The position numbers and the translations under genes are program-made. 64,000 nucleotides of DNA from Thermoproteota archaeon (lineage in GTDB: Archaea > Asgardarchaeota > Njordarchaeia > Njordarchaeales > Panguiarchaeaceae). Positions within the stretch are counted from its first letter, which is position 1, and each line of letters begins with the position of its first letter. Positions 53,001 to 61,160 of the stretch are shown here, piece after piece. Below the pieces are notes generated by a model. That model had not been told where the DNA came from, did not search any database, and saw only the letters and a list, made by a program, of their open reading frames with translations. Location of the stretch: the NCBI GenBank assembly GCA_024720975.1, contig JANJXX010000003.1, positions 64,001 to 128,000 on the forward strand, read 5' to 3'.

Positions 53001-56000
53001 GAGATTAGTTTAGACGAATTCTCAACATCGATTACCGCAGATCTTGAGTCGGATAACGTTACATTTGAGATGCCACTTATTCTCGCCTCAACTATAGTTG
53101 AATTGACTATAGTCACCTCTGAGGTTCTTGCTTGTATGCATTCTACTCTCGATGATGATACTTCCATCTCGGAATTTTCAAGATCCATTACAGTTACGAA
53201 ACTAGTGCTAATGCTTCCAACTGAGCTATTTAACTCAACATTTTTAGCTTTCACATTCTGAGCACTAAGCTCAGAGTTTTCTGCTATATATACCCTCAAC
53301 AAATCCGATACATTTTCAAGAGCAACAGTACTCGTTTTCAATACTGATAGGAATGTTAAGTTTGCACATAAAATAGTAAGCGTCGAATTTTCTGATTCTA
53401 TTATCAAGAGCCTGGAATTCTCTATCCTAATTGACACGTTCTTTAGAAGGAGACTCCAGCCTCTAACATAAGCATCTTGGAAGGTTATATTGGAATCTCC
53501 TACTGCTAGGATTCGATCATGTTTTCCAGGCATCAATTCATGCAGTATTAGATCTCTAAAATTGGCTAGTACTAACGAAACTGTAATGTTAGATGCGAAG
53601 AGAGAGGCTTTAGAAGAGTTGATATAGATATTAGCAATTATCGAACTTCGCACTGTGACGTTGCCTTTAGTGGTATAAACGCTTGTTACTGTTACATTAT
53701 CTAAGTATATAGACCCGTTCCAAGATATAATGCCAAGTGCTATCGTTGAATTCAAAACGAGACAGTCAAAACCTATATGCGACAAGTTTAGGTATTCTAT
53801 AAGACCTTCACGCAGATTCGATAGCTCAATTGAGCTGTCCACCGCCTTCAATACTAGACTAAAAGTCGAGTTAGACGCATTTAAGGTATTACCTGGGACT
53901 ATCTCGATGCTACTAAGCACTGTCTTGTAAATTTTTAGTGACGAATTTGACGCAACTAATCTTGCTACCATAAGAGAATCTGTCAAATTGGCTTTAGCGT
54001 TTCTAAGGTATACGTCCATGCTACTCAGTATCGTACTATTTCTTACGGTTATATTAGAGTTAGCAATGTCTACCCAGCCGTTCAATATCATTATTGAGTT
54101 TTCAACTATGATGGTTGAATTATCGCAGAGTAAGTCATGTATTATAACGGTTTCATTCTTCACTAACAGGCTGCCGTTGATTATTGTCACATTCCCCTTA
54201 TCAATAATGTTACCAATAGTTTTGGGTACTATAGAGAGTGTAGGATCGCCTAGTAAGACATACTCAGCAACGGTTTTCCAATCAATGTAATAGCCCGTGA
54301 TAACATTCGTTATTGGATTTCCTGCAACATATTCTGCAATTGTTCGTGCCCAAACCTGTCCAAGATTTCGCACTGATGCGTCGAATACGTTCTTTATTGT
54401 TCTCCAGAAGATCTCACCCATAAGCCCAGTTGTTACTAACTCTCCTATGTATCCCCAGGCTATTTTCGTGGATCCCAAGAACGCAATAGCACCGCCATTC
54501 GGGTTTAGAACTAAAGCTTCGCCAAGGCCATCTATATCCTTAAACCATCCGGCATCACATGAAAGTGCTATGAATATGGGATATATCTTGTTTATCTGGG
54601 CATATGCATCTCCGATGGTATACATCTGCGAGAATGTAAGAGCGAGACTGTCTGGTAAACCATGACCAGTGAACGCTATAAGATATGCTCCCTTATCGAA
54701 CTCTACTCTGAAAGTTGCTCGGGTTAGGTTTCCTAGAGTCTCATAAAGCTTCACTATTGTTGCATTCCTCACGAAGTTCTTTGAGAATTCAAGCAGGTAC
54801 TCACCCTCGGGGTAACCTATTTGGAAGGTATCAGTTCCAGCGAATATGACCCTTGAGTACATAGGACTTGTAGGATAGTACTGCGCTATCTTTTCGATGA
54901 CGCCGATAGCTTCAGTCAGATTACTCGCAGGTATACGCCCGATAAGCACATCTGGAATTCCATCTACCTTGTCATATCTAAGATCTCCCCAAAGACCATC
55001 TCCATTATCGTCCCAAGAGTACTGTAAATCTGCATAGTACAGATCTGTCTCCACGAATTTACCATCTATCTCTGGATCATCGTCATAAGCACCGTCTGGT
55101 ATGTATACCTCCCTGACTGGGACAACATCACTATCTCCTAGAATAATGACATATATAACGTTGTAGTTCTGAACAAAACTTCTTATGCAGTTTCTTATTT
55201 TCTCTGGAGAATCTCGTCCTTCGAATTCACTATATATGTCTTCTACGAATTTTACTACAGATCTTAGACCCTCCCTGGATTTTAGACTTACTAGTTTTTC
55301 TGCAGCTGTTGATAAATGTCTTGACGTTATTATCAGTAGATCAATTGAATCTTCACGAGCCTTCGTTGCTGGCTCTCGTACTTGGTACCTTAGATCCATG
55401 CGAATATCTTCATAGATTACTACTTGATTTTTGTCCAATAGTCTTAAGGGATATATGCGAATCACAAGATACGTTGTTCTCTCCAAAGTTGCTGGGTCTA
55501 TACCGCGATAAATGTTCACCGTGTAAAGTGGAAAGTCTGCTTTGGGGTATGGTCTCACCAATCTGAGATCTCCAGCAGTTGAAGCTAGTGCTATTGGGTA
55601 ATTACCGCTACTGTATCCATATAGGTATCTTTTTGAAATAGGCTCCAAGAACACTCTCACATTTTCTGCATTGTAAGGCAATTTTATTATTGTAATATTG
55701 ACCGGAAGTAAATTGCCCTCCACCGGCAGAATCTTAGTGTTCGAAATAGAAGGTATGGCTCCGGTAGACCAAGTATCATCAAGCAACCTAAATCTCAGAT
55801 GAATAGACATTTTAAGTGTCTTGTCGGGGTTCGTTATTAATTGATTGAGAATTCTACTTTCCTTGATGTAATTTGGATCCTGGTAATCATTCATAATATT
55901 TGCGGTGGCGTTATCTTTATCGAGTACGAATATCACTTGTAGTGACTGAGCAGCGGCCACTGGCGTCATGCTCATTAATATTACTATTGCAAGTGTGGCG

Positions 56001-56011
56001 TATTTATTCAT
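50045..56011 (-). CDS. Membrane-anchored gingipain-like (peptidase C25) protease with a long beta-helix stalk
   Basis: Signal peptide, propeptide region, LGD..VP, DLYYA, IGRIP, FTGHG (His) and LSCDAG (Cys), LLGDP; then ~1300 aa of I/V-x-N/D-S repeats; C-terminal TM followed by KKRK. Confidence 0.9.
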   Translation of the reverse strand: MNKYATLAIVILMSMTPVAAAQSLQVIFVLDKDNATANIMNDYQDPNYIKESRILNQLITNPDKTLKMSIHLRFRLLDDTWSTGAIPSISNTKILPVEGNLLPVNITIIKLPYNAENVRVFLEPISKRYLYGYSSGNYPIALASTAGDLRLVRPYPKADFPLYTVNIYRGIDPATLERTTYLVIRIYPLRLLDKNQVVIYEDIRMDLRYQVREPATKAREDSIDLLIITSRHLSTAAEKLVSLKSREGLRSVVKFVEDIYSEFEGRDSPEKIRNCIRSFVQNYNVIYVIILGDSDVVPVREVYIPDGAYDDDPEIDGKFVETDLYYADLQYSWDDNGDGLWGDLRYDKVDGIPDVLIGRIPASNLTEAIGVIEKIAQYYPTSPMYSRVIFAGTDTFQIGYPEGEYLLEFSKNFVRNATIVKLYETLGNLTRATFRVEFDKGAYLIAFTGHGLPDSLALTFSQMYTIGDAYAQINKIYPIFIALSCDAGWFKDIDGLGEALVLNPNGGAIAFLGSTKIAWGYIGELVTTGLMGEIFWRTIKNVFDASVRNLGQVWARTIAEYVAGNPITNVITGYYIDWKTVAEYVLLGDPTLSIVPKTIGNIIDKGNVTIINGSLLVKNETVIIHDLLCDNSTIIVENSIMILNGWVDIANSNITVRNSTILSSMDVYLRNAKANLTDSLMVARLVASNSSLKIYKTVLSSIEIVPGNTLNASNSTFSLVLKAVDSSIELSNLREGLIEYLNLSHIGFDCLVLNSTIALGIISWNGSIYLDNVTVTSVYTTKGNVTVRSSIIANIYINSSKASLFASNITVSLVLANFRDLILHELMPGKHDRILAVGDSNITFQDAYVRGWSLLLKNVSIRIENSRLLIIESENSTLTILCANLTFLSVLKTSTVALENVSDLLRVYIAENSELSAQNVKAKNVELNSSVGSISTSFVTVMDLENSEMEVSSSRVECIQARTSEVTIVNSTIVEARISGISNVTLSDSRSAVIDVENSSKLISEKSKILYWLRVYDSANILARDSMIWFGLVYKLENVEIENLKPGDIHYMILVKSGGWSINLSNVYVLGWDILSYDSNIVVKSSILGWIYLFYNSRLSIESSEASLVRVTHDSSVDIVESIIDTIFASGGSKTNAYRSILNTVYVLGNAEINLNSVVFDIVAGLGNAAKARILSSYGGVVAAISGTDIFIDKSVVTIYIAISEENAVIRNLKPGYISSWNSDVLNVDESWRINVVNSHGSWILDLSLGEFTVENSLLSQLYISNATARVKNVIVSDLMGIYGSKLVIYNSKLSSITIIWGSSVAFNETTSIYTYIIESDVFMTKTTANIILGFLEGSYRLKLRPGYYENATLSEFVNASTPIKLTLVNTSITGWYAIGLGIYGRVELEIIESDVISVGIAYNGMLILENSRVYGYSEVHLEGGANVSAIIRNSATRLYLGLSQIEDVVNIDGVGAYKPISLDISKNLRIINTTILEVSIDAYRSNISIRNSKIRTMNLVESKILVENSRINEILAEGSEAYISSSYVEKARLVLCDVVLLNSNIGDFMPYLTEFSIVGSEIGLSIYIIFTEAYAQGVQPTYLYKASAPEDIPLFSRGLFIDTKISRWSFVVGEFSRLELRDSKVHKVDVSSYTSTVIIKSSTVGSVSMRYGGDIVINESKIGLNFSIVNLGLTLRNLGEGSLPKSTTTDIADRAPWNISVSQVEITMLNITVHGALVSLENLSASIILINASSSILMNNSRSLYLIVGGPSDLEISSSFVRLLNPGYGTRLYISKSQVGIVDVFVYGHVELKNILGVTKFYNEQMGYRIDAYASELIDLTILAMMFSNVTVINSQIFTLGADGFSRIWLIDTLLEYPIFAEDLSEIHILYTLTIEVLYDLREPEFAKVTIIGRDSRTYELDAPKGKCKIVLYQGIVREYERLDLGEYEIRASVGGFSASRSIYLWKPMKVTIIILGPFLISLIITILVTVVFVGLLFIKKRKMQKL

Positions 56012-56905
56012 CTAAACCACCCCCACAACTTTAAGGCTCATAAGACGTTTACGCACATTTTCAATAATTCTTCGCCCTCGCCCTGCATTTAAAACTCCTA
56101 AGATGAAGAATATGAAGGCAAGAGTGGCAAGACCTTGGATAAATATTGAGAGCAGATCTAAAACACCACATGCAATGTACATATTTCCTCCACTCCTCAT
56201 ACTTTTGGCTCCTGACATAATTTCTCTCATGATATCGAGACCTATCATTCCTTCCTTAGATACTTTCTCATACCCAGCTGGGGAGGCCATAGTCATTGAT
56301 CCTGTAGATATTCCATAGCCACTAAATGTTGCCATTGCCTGAATACTAGAAATCAGCTTGTTCGCAAACTCCTTTATGCTAATTCCAATAAAAATAAATG
56401 CTAAGCCTATGCAAAGGTATACTACAGCGTTTGAGGCCGTTGCATATAAATTTAAACCTAGTGATATATGTTGCAATCTACTCTGAATGTAATCAAAATC
56501 TAGAAGAGGCAGGTGCGTATTTATGTAGTCGAGTTCTGCAATATAACCCCATAGAATAAGAGCTATGATTAATTCAGCCAAACCGCTAACGAAGAAAAGT
56601 ACTCCTGATGCTATATTGTACTTCTCTCGGCGTTCAATTCGAAGCGCCGAATACAGTATGTAGAGGGTCACGATAAACCATATTACACTAGAGATTACGT
56701 TAAGCGTAAATATCTGATTTTGCGCACTAAGTATCTTTCTCATATAATACAACTCCGTATATTCAACTACACTGTAGTATATCTGAAGACTCCAACCCTG
56801 GAATACAAACATTAGAATCCATAAAGCGAATATTCCATGCTCAAAAGCTCTGCCCCTTCGTTCCTCTCTCACGCCAAGAAGCTCATCTAACTTCGAAATT
56901 TCCAT
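56012..56905 (-). CDS. Hypothetical polytopic membrane protein
   Basis: 297 aa, ~6 TM helices; its stop abuts the gingipain ATG. Confidence 0.65.
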   Translation of the reverse strand: MEISKLDELLGVREERRGRAFEHGIFALWILMFVFQGWSLQIYYSVVEYTELYYMRKILSAQNQIFTLNVISSVIWFIVTLYILYSALRIERREKYNIASGVLFFVSGLAELIIALILWGYIAELDYINTHLPLLDFDYIQSRLQHISLGLNLYATASNAVVYLCIGLAFIFIGISIKEFANKLISSIQAMATFSGYGISTGSMTMASPAGYEKVSKEGMIGLDIMREIMSGAKSMRSGGNMYIACGVLDLLSIFIQGLATLAFIFFILGVLNAGRGRRIIENVRKRLMSLKVVGVV

Positions 56906-56975
56906 GTCGAACGTCCTCTTTTAGAGCCGAGTTTAGAAATGCAAAAATGTCTACATAAAGCTGCATCCAACATTA

Positions 56976-57824
56976 CTACAAAGTAAAAGGAGGCCTGCTC
57001 AGTTTTATAGGCTTTCCATTAACAAAAGTTTCGATTTCAACATAATCGGAGAGAATCCCTGCTCTGACCTTTTTCATTAATACTTCCTCTACTTGGAAAA
57101 CTCCCGCTCCATCGGTCATATTAATTTCTATCCTTATTGGCTTCTGATGTCCCTTCTTTATATCAACCTCAACTATGCTCAGCGCTGACAAAGAATGTAT
57201 ATCGACTTTTCCAATGCTGTAGGGACGCCTGCTACGGCCAGCGGCCATATCACAACCATCAGCAATTTTAATCACAGAACCTTCCACAGTATATGCAAAC
57301 ACATCTTCATCGTGGCTGTATATTGCATTTGCTACATGCGCATAGATAAGCCACTTCTTTTCTAACGGCTCGTCTCTCCAGATTCTCCTGACGTACTTCC
57401 AAATAATCTTATTTGCTACAAGCAACGAGAAGCCATAGTGAAATTCTCTGTGAACCATATTACCTAAGTCGTGAATAAACGCTGCCAGTGCCACAACTGC
57501 AGCAGCGTCGTCGAAAGAGCCAACATTTGACGATACAATATTTGGTTGCACATGATCCTTGAGTAATATTAGAATCTTCAGCGCATTTCTAGTTGTTATT
57601 ATTGCATGCGCACGTCCATGATCATTATACTTTAGGTACTGGACTATTATGTGATTGGTGGCATTCTGTGCAGCTTTTATTTCTGGATCGCGGAGCATGG
57701 TCTCAATGAGGGCCATAGTCCTACTCAGACCGTTCTGCCTTGGAATATCTCTTAGCTCACTTACGATGTTCTTAATGCGCATTTTTTCTGAAATCTGAGG
57801 CTTTATTTCCAGGTAGTCGCTCAT
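56976..57824 (-). CDS. HD-superfamily phosphohydrolase
   Basis: NDHGRAHA, IHDLGN, HD, ADGCD...GRSR. Likely start ATG 57824 (ORF track extends to 57851). Confidence 0.9.
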   Translation of the reverse strand: MSDYLEIKPQISEKMRIKNIVSELRDIPRQNGLSRTMALIETMLRDPEIKAAQNATNHIIVQYLKYNDHGRAHAIITTRNALKILILLKDHVQPNIVSSNVGSFDDAAAVVALAAFIHDLGNMVHREFHYGFSLLVANKIIWKYVRRIWRDEPLEKKWLIYAHVANAIYSHDEDVFAYTVEGSVIKIADGCDMAAGRSRRPYSIGKVDIHSLSALSIVEVDIKKGHQKPIRIEINMTDGAGVFQVEEVLMKKVRAGILSDYVEIETFVNGKPIKLSRPPFTL

Positions 57825-57934
57825 GGAATACACACTCTTACAACCAAACAACAGAGGTAAAAGAACGCAGGTAGTATCAAAGCGTTTTGGAGAATTTTAA
57901 AGACAATTAAAGGAGTCGAGTTAAAAATAAGAGA

Positions 57935-59800
57935 TCAAAACATATGCCATTCTTTTTCTAGTGCTATTGGGTCAGCACCCAATGCCCTGCGGATTAATTC
58001 TTTTATCTCAGTCGAAATTAAAATTGGTGGCCTCTTCAACCTGTAGCGTACCTCTCTTATAAGGCTTTCTACTTCATCTTTTCTTCCACTAAGGTCTAGC
58101 TGCACTAAGTTAGCTTTTGTTCCTTTTAGTAGCGTCTCCGCCGTGTATACTATCAGACCGATTCCTACGATCCATCCTATTATAGGTATCATCATCAAAG
58201 CCACCCCGATGAGTATTAAGACAACTCCTAGAGCTGTATTTAAGGCTGTTGGCTCCGCTTTCAGGATGCTTATCGTTTCAGTTATTGACATGTCTCCCCA
58301 ACATGGATATTGTAATACTAGCCTGTCACCTCTTTTCCTGAAGAGCATTTTCGAAATCGCAGTCTTTTTATCAATACTACAATAACTTCTATATGATGAT
58401 GAACTTATTATTGCTTCAGTCACATCAGTGATTTTTAGTTTAGGATTGCCCTGAAATGGACTAAATACTCTTGTTGCAATTGCGTAAAGCCTCACTGATG
58501 TGCGCATTTCCCGCTCAATAGATGGTTTCGGAAGCTCTTCCTTTACTCGCGCTTCTTCCATTGGTTTAGGCATAACGGGAATTTTAGTCTCCACACTTAT
58601 TTGCTCTAATTGTTTAGCTTCTGACACTATTCCCCGCTTGCTGATTATGTCTCCAAACCCAATGAGATTTACCTGTCTTATAAACTCTCGTATTCTATTT
58701 GGATCTTTAGACTTCGAGATTGCCTCCTCAAAAGCTCGTTCAGCGGCTTTTCTTAGCAGCTCTCTAAAGCTAGCTTCTGGGAAAATATAAAGTAAGTCGG
58801 CAATTTCTCCACTTAACAGGCCCCGGCTTTTTCCCTTAAGAACGTCTGCCCAAGAATCGTGAGGCAATCTGAAGGAGTAGTGAGGTGCTCTAGCAAGGTA
58901 TCTTCTAATCTTATTCAAAGTTTGGCTTCCTAACAAAACTGCTCGAGGGGGTGCCTCCTCACCTTTTATCTCTCTTCTAGCCTCAATATACACCGCATCA
59001 AACAAATCCTGGTGCATTTCATACTCGGGCATTAGTGTCATTGTCATTAATGTCAGGAGAGTTTCCAATCTATCATCAGCATCACCGACAACACTCCAGA
59101 GTATTCTATCAACATACTCAAGCATACCCTCCGGTATCTTATTAGCAAAATCGATGTCTAAAACATTCCTACGGGAGATCACAAGATCCCTTATGACTTG
59201 CCAAATGTACACTGGAAGCCTTCCAGCCTTCTTGACAACCACATCCGCTGCTTCGGGTTTTACCTCTATACCCTCCCTACGAGCAAACCTAGATAATATC
59301 TCATTCAAATACTTCTCAGCCATTTCCTCAACTAATACTATTCTGAAAATCGAATCCGGTTTTTCTCCAAGCTTCGATCTAAGTTCATCTAGTAACTCAA
59401 TCCTAGAAGTAGCTATAAGCATTCTCGGACGGTTCTCAACAATTGATCTCAAAGACCGGATATCCATCCCAGGAATATCATCATAAAACAAAACTATACC
59501 AGCGGATTCATGATCCCTTCTCAAAACCTCCCCATTTATAACCTTAGCCACACGATAACCCATGTCCATGAGTCTCCTGAGAACCATAGATAATAAAGCG
59601 GTCTTCCCAGTACCAGCTTTACCAATTATTAGAACGCACTCACCTCTCTTAATGTGTTCTATTGCTTCATCCAGAGCCTTTGAGCGATTATCATCGAACA
59701 CGAACTCATCGTAGATATAACTAGGTAATCTTAGGAATCCCTCCGCACCTACCAGTTGATCAGGAGAGTTTATGACTTCATAATACGACATTGTTATCAC
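57935..59800 (-). CDS. STAND-like P-loop ATPase with C-terminal TM hairpin
   Basis: GKAGTGKT, VLFYDD, LIATSR, AGRLP, LPHD; TM hairpin ALGVVLILIG...IGLIVY. Confidence 0.75.
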   Translation of the reverse strand: MITMSYYEVINSPDQLVGAEGFLRLPSYIYDEFVFDDNRSKALDEAIEHIKRGECVLIIGKAGTGKTALLSMVLRRLMDMGYRVAKVINGEVLRRDHESAGIVLFYDDIPGMDIRSLRSIVENRPRMLIATSRIELLDELRSKLGEKPDSIFRIVLVEEMAEKYLNEILSRFARREGIEVKPEAADVVVKKAGRLPVYIWQVIRDLVISRRNVLDIDFANKIPEGMLEYVDRILWSVVGDADDRLETLLTLMTMTLMPEYEMHQDLFDAVYIEARREIKGEEAPPRAVLLGSQTLNKIRRYLARAPHYSFRLPHDSWADVLKGKSRGLLSGEIADLLYIFPEASFRELLRKAAERAFEEAISKSKDPNRIREFIRQVNLIGFGDIISKRGIVSEAKQLEQISVETKIPVMPKPMEEARVKEELPKPSIEREMRTSVRLYAIATRVFSPFQGNPKLKITDVTEAIISSSSYRSYCSIDKKTAISKMLFRKRGDRLVLQYPCWGDMSITETISILKAEPTALNTALGVVLILIGVALMMIPIIGWIVGIGLIVYTAETLLKGTKANLVQLDLSGRKDEVESLIREVRYRLKRPPILISTEIKELIRRALGADPIALEKEWHMF

Positions 59801-59913
59801 AATTAAAACGACTAAGATAACGTGCGGTCAATTAATTAAAATATTATTAATTGAAAAATAAATTAGCTACTATATCGAGAACAAAAACGAAGAAAAATCT
59901 CTGAGAATGATAC

Positions 59914-60246
59914 CTAACGAACACGCGAACCAAGTTTGACTGGCTTATCTATTGTCAAGACGGATACTTGTGAACCATCGTCAGCGGCGAGAAGCATTCC
60001 CTGGCTAGTTACTCCTCTAATAACTTTAGTCTCTAGATTAGCTAACACTATTACGTACTTTCCTAGAAGTTCCTCCTTAGGATACCAAGGTTTTATACCT
60101 GCCACTAGCGTTCTTACTTCATTTCCAATATCTACTTTAAGAATATATAGCTTATCTGCCTTAGGGTGATCAATAACTTCTGTTATTTTACCAACACGTA
60201 GTTCCAATTTTTCAAAGTCTTCGAGGGACACCACTTTCATGTGCAT
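59914..60246 (-). CDS. Stand-alone tRNA-binding OB-fold protein (Trbp111 / MetRS C-terminal domain-like)
   Basis: LELRVGKI, HPKADKLY, LANL, SQGMLLAA. Confidence 0.93.
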   Translation of the reverse strand: MHMKVVSLEDFEKLELRVGKITEVIDHPKADKLYILKVDIGNEVRTLVAGIKPWYPKEELLGKYVIVLANLETKVIRGVTSQGMLLAADDGSQVSVLTIDKPVKLGSRVR

Positions 60247-60869
60247 TACCCCATAACTAAAAGCCTCTTTCTTAGATTATCGAGTATTTTTTCCCTAGCT
60301 ACTGATGCATCCCACTCTCCTTTTGTGAAATACTTTTGCGTAACAGAACAAAGTCCAGCTCTAGATAAGTCCTCCAATAAGGTATTGATTATGGACTCTA
60401 TAGTTTTGTCATCGAGTTTATTCAGGAGCTCAGGAGCATGTTCTTTGACCGCATCTGCGAAGACCTCAGTTATTTTTCTAATTTCTCTTCTCTTAGCTGT
60501 ATCCATAAATTCTACTAGCTTTTCTGCGATTTTCGTAATGACATCCCCTAAGGCTCTCCTCGTCACACCTGCTGCCTCCTCAGCAATTTCACTAATTGGA
60601 GGTTTAGCACTTGGTAGTGTTATACCGTACTTTTCTAGGATTCTTCTTAAGAGATCGATATTAATCTCGTGCATAGATTTTCTTCGCTCGTCTACTGGGA
60701 GACCTAATTTCTTCACCAATGGAAAACTCAATCCTAAAGCTTCAATTTCTTTTCTAGAAAATCCTTTTCCTCTCACCAAACGTTTTACTCGGGGGCTTAA
60801 GACGAGAATTTCGTTTCTTAGTAGGATGATATCCTCATTAGAGACCCTAGGGAATTTTCCATGTGACAT
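60246..60869 (-). CDS. rpl13e: Ribosomal protein L13e-like domain fused to a C-terminal helical domain
   Basis: RGKGFSRKEIEALGL...KLGLPVDERRKSMHEIN is the L13e signature. SD GGTGA precedes ATG 60869 (ORF track starts at 60887). Confidence 0.75.
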   Translation of the reverse strand: MSHGKFPRVSNEDIILLRNEILVLSPRVKRLVRGKGFSRKEIEALGLSFPLVKKLGLPVDERRKSMHEINIDLLRRILEKYGITLPSAKPPISEIAEEAAGVTRRALGDVITKIAEKLVEFMDTAKRREIRKITEVFADAVKEHAPELLNKLDDKTIESIINTLLEDLSRAGLCSVTQKYFTKGEWDASVAREKILDNLRKRLLVMG

Positions 60870-61160
60870 TTGAGAGTCACCTATCAAAGATTCGTACCAG
60901 AGTTTAATTCCGATGAATTTGATCTATTGAGGATTATTGTATAAACTTTATAATGGAGACCTTAAGCTAGAATGTTCTACCAACAATCACATAAGCATTA
61001 TTGAGCCCCTGAACGCTCAGTACTGTGACACCAAAGTAAATAGTAAGCTCAAGAGTGTTGAAGACACTTAATCCAGAGCTACGGATCACTTTTGCGCGTG
61101 TGATGCATCTGCTTTAGGTACTGCATGCAGCGTTAGTTGCTGATGTTCTTCGTTTTTATT

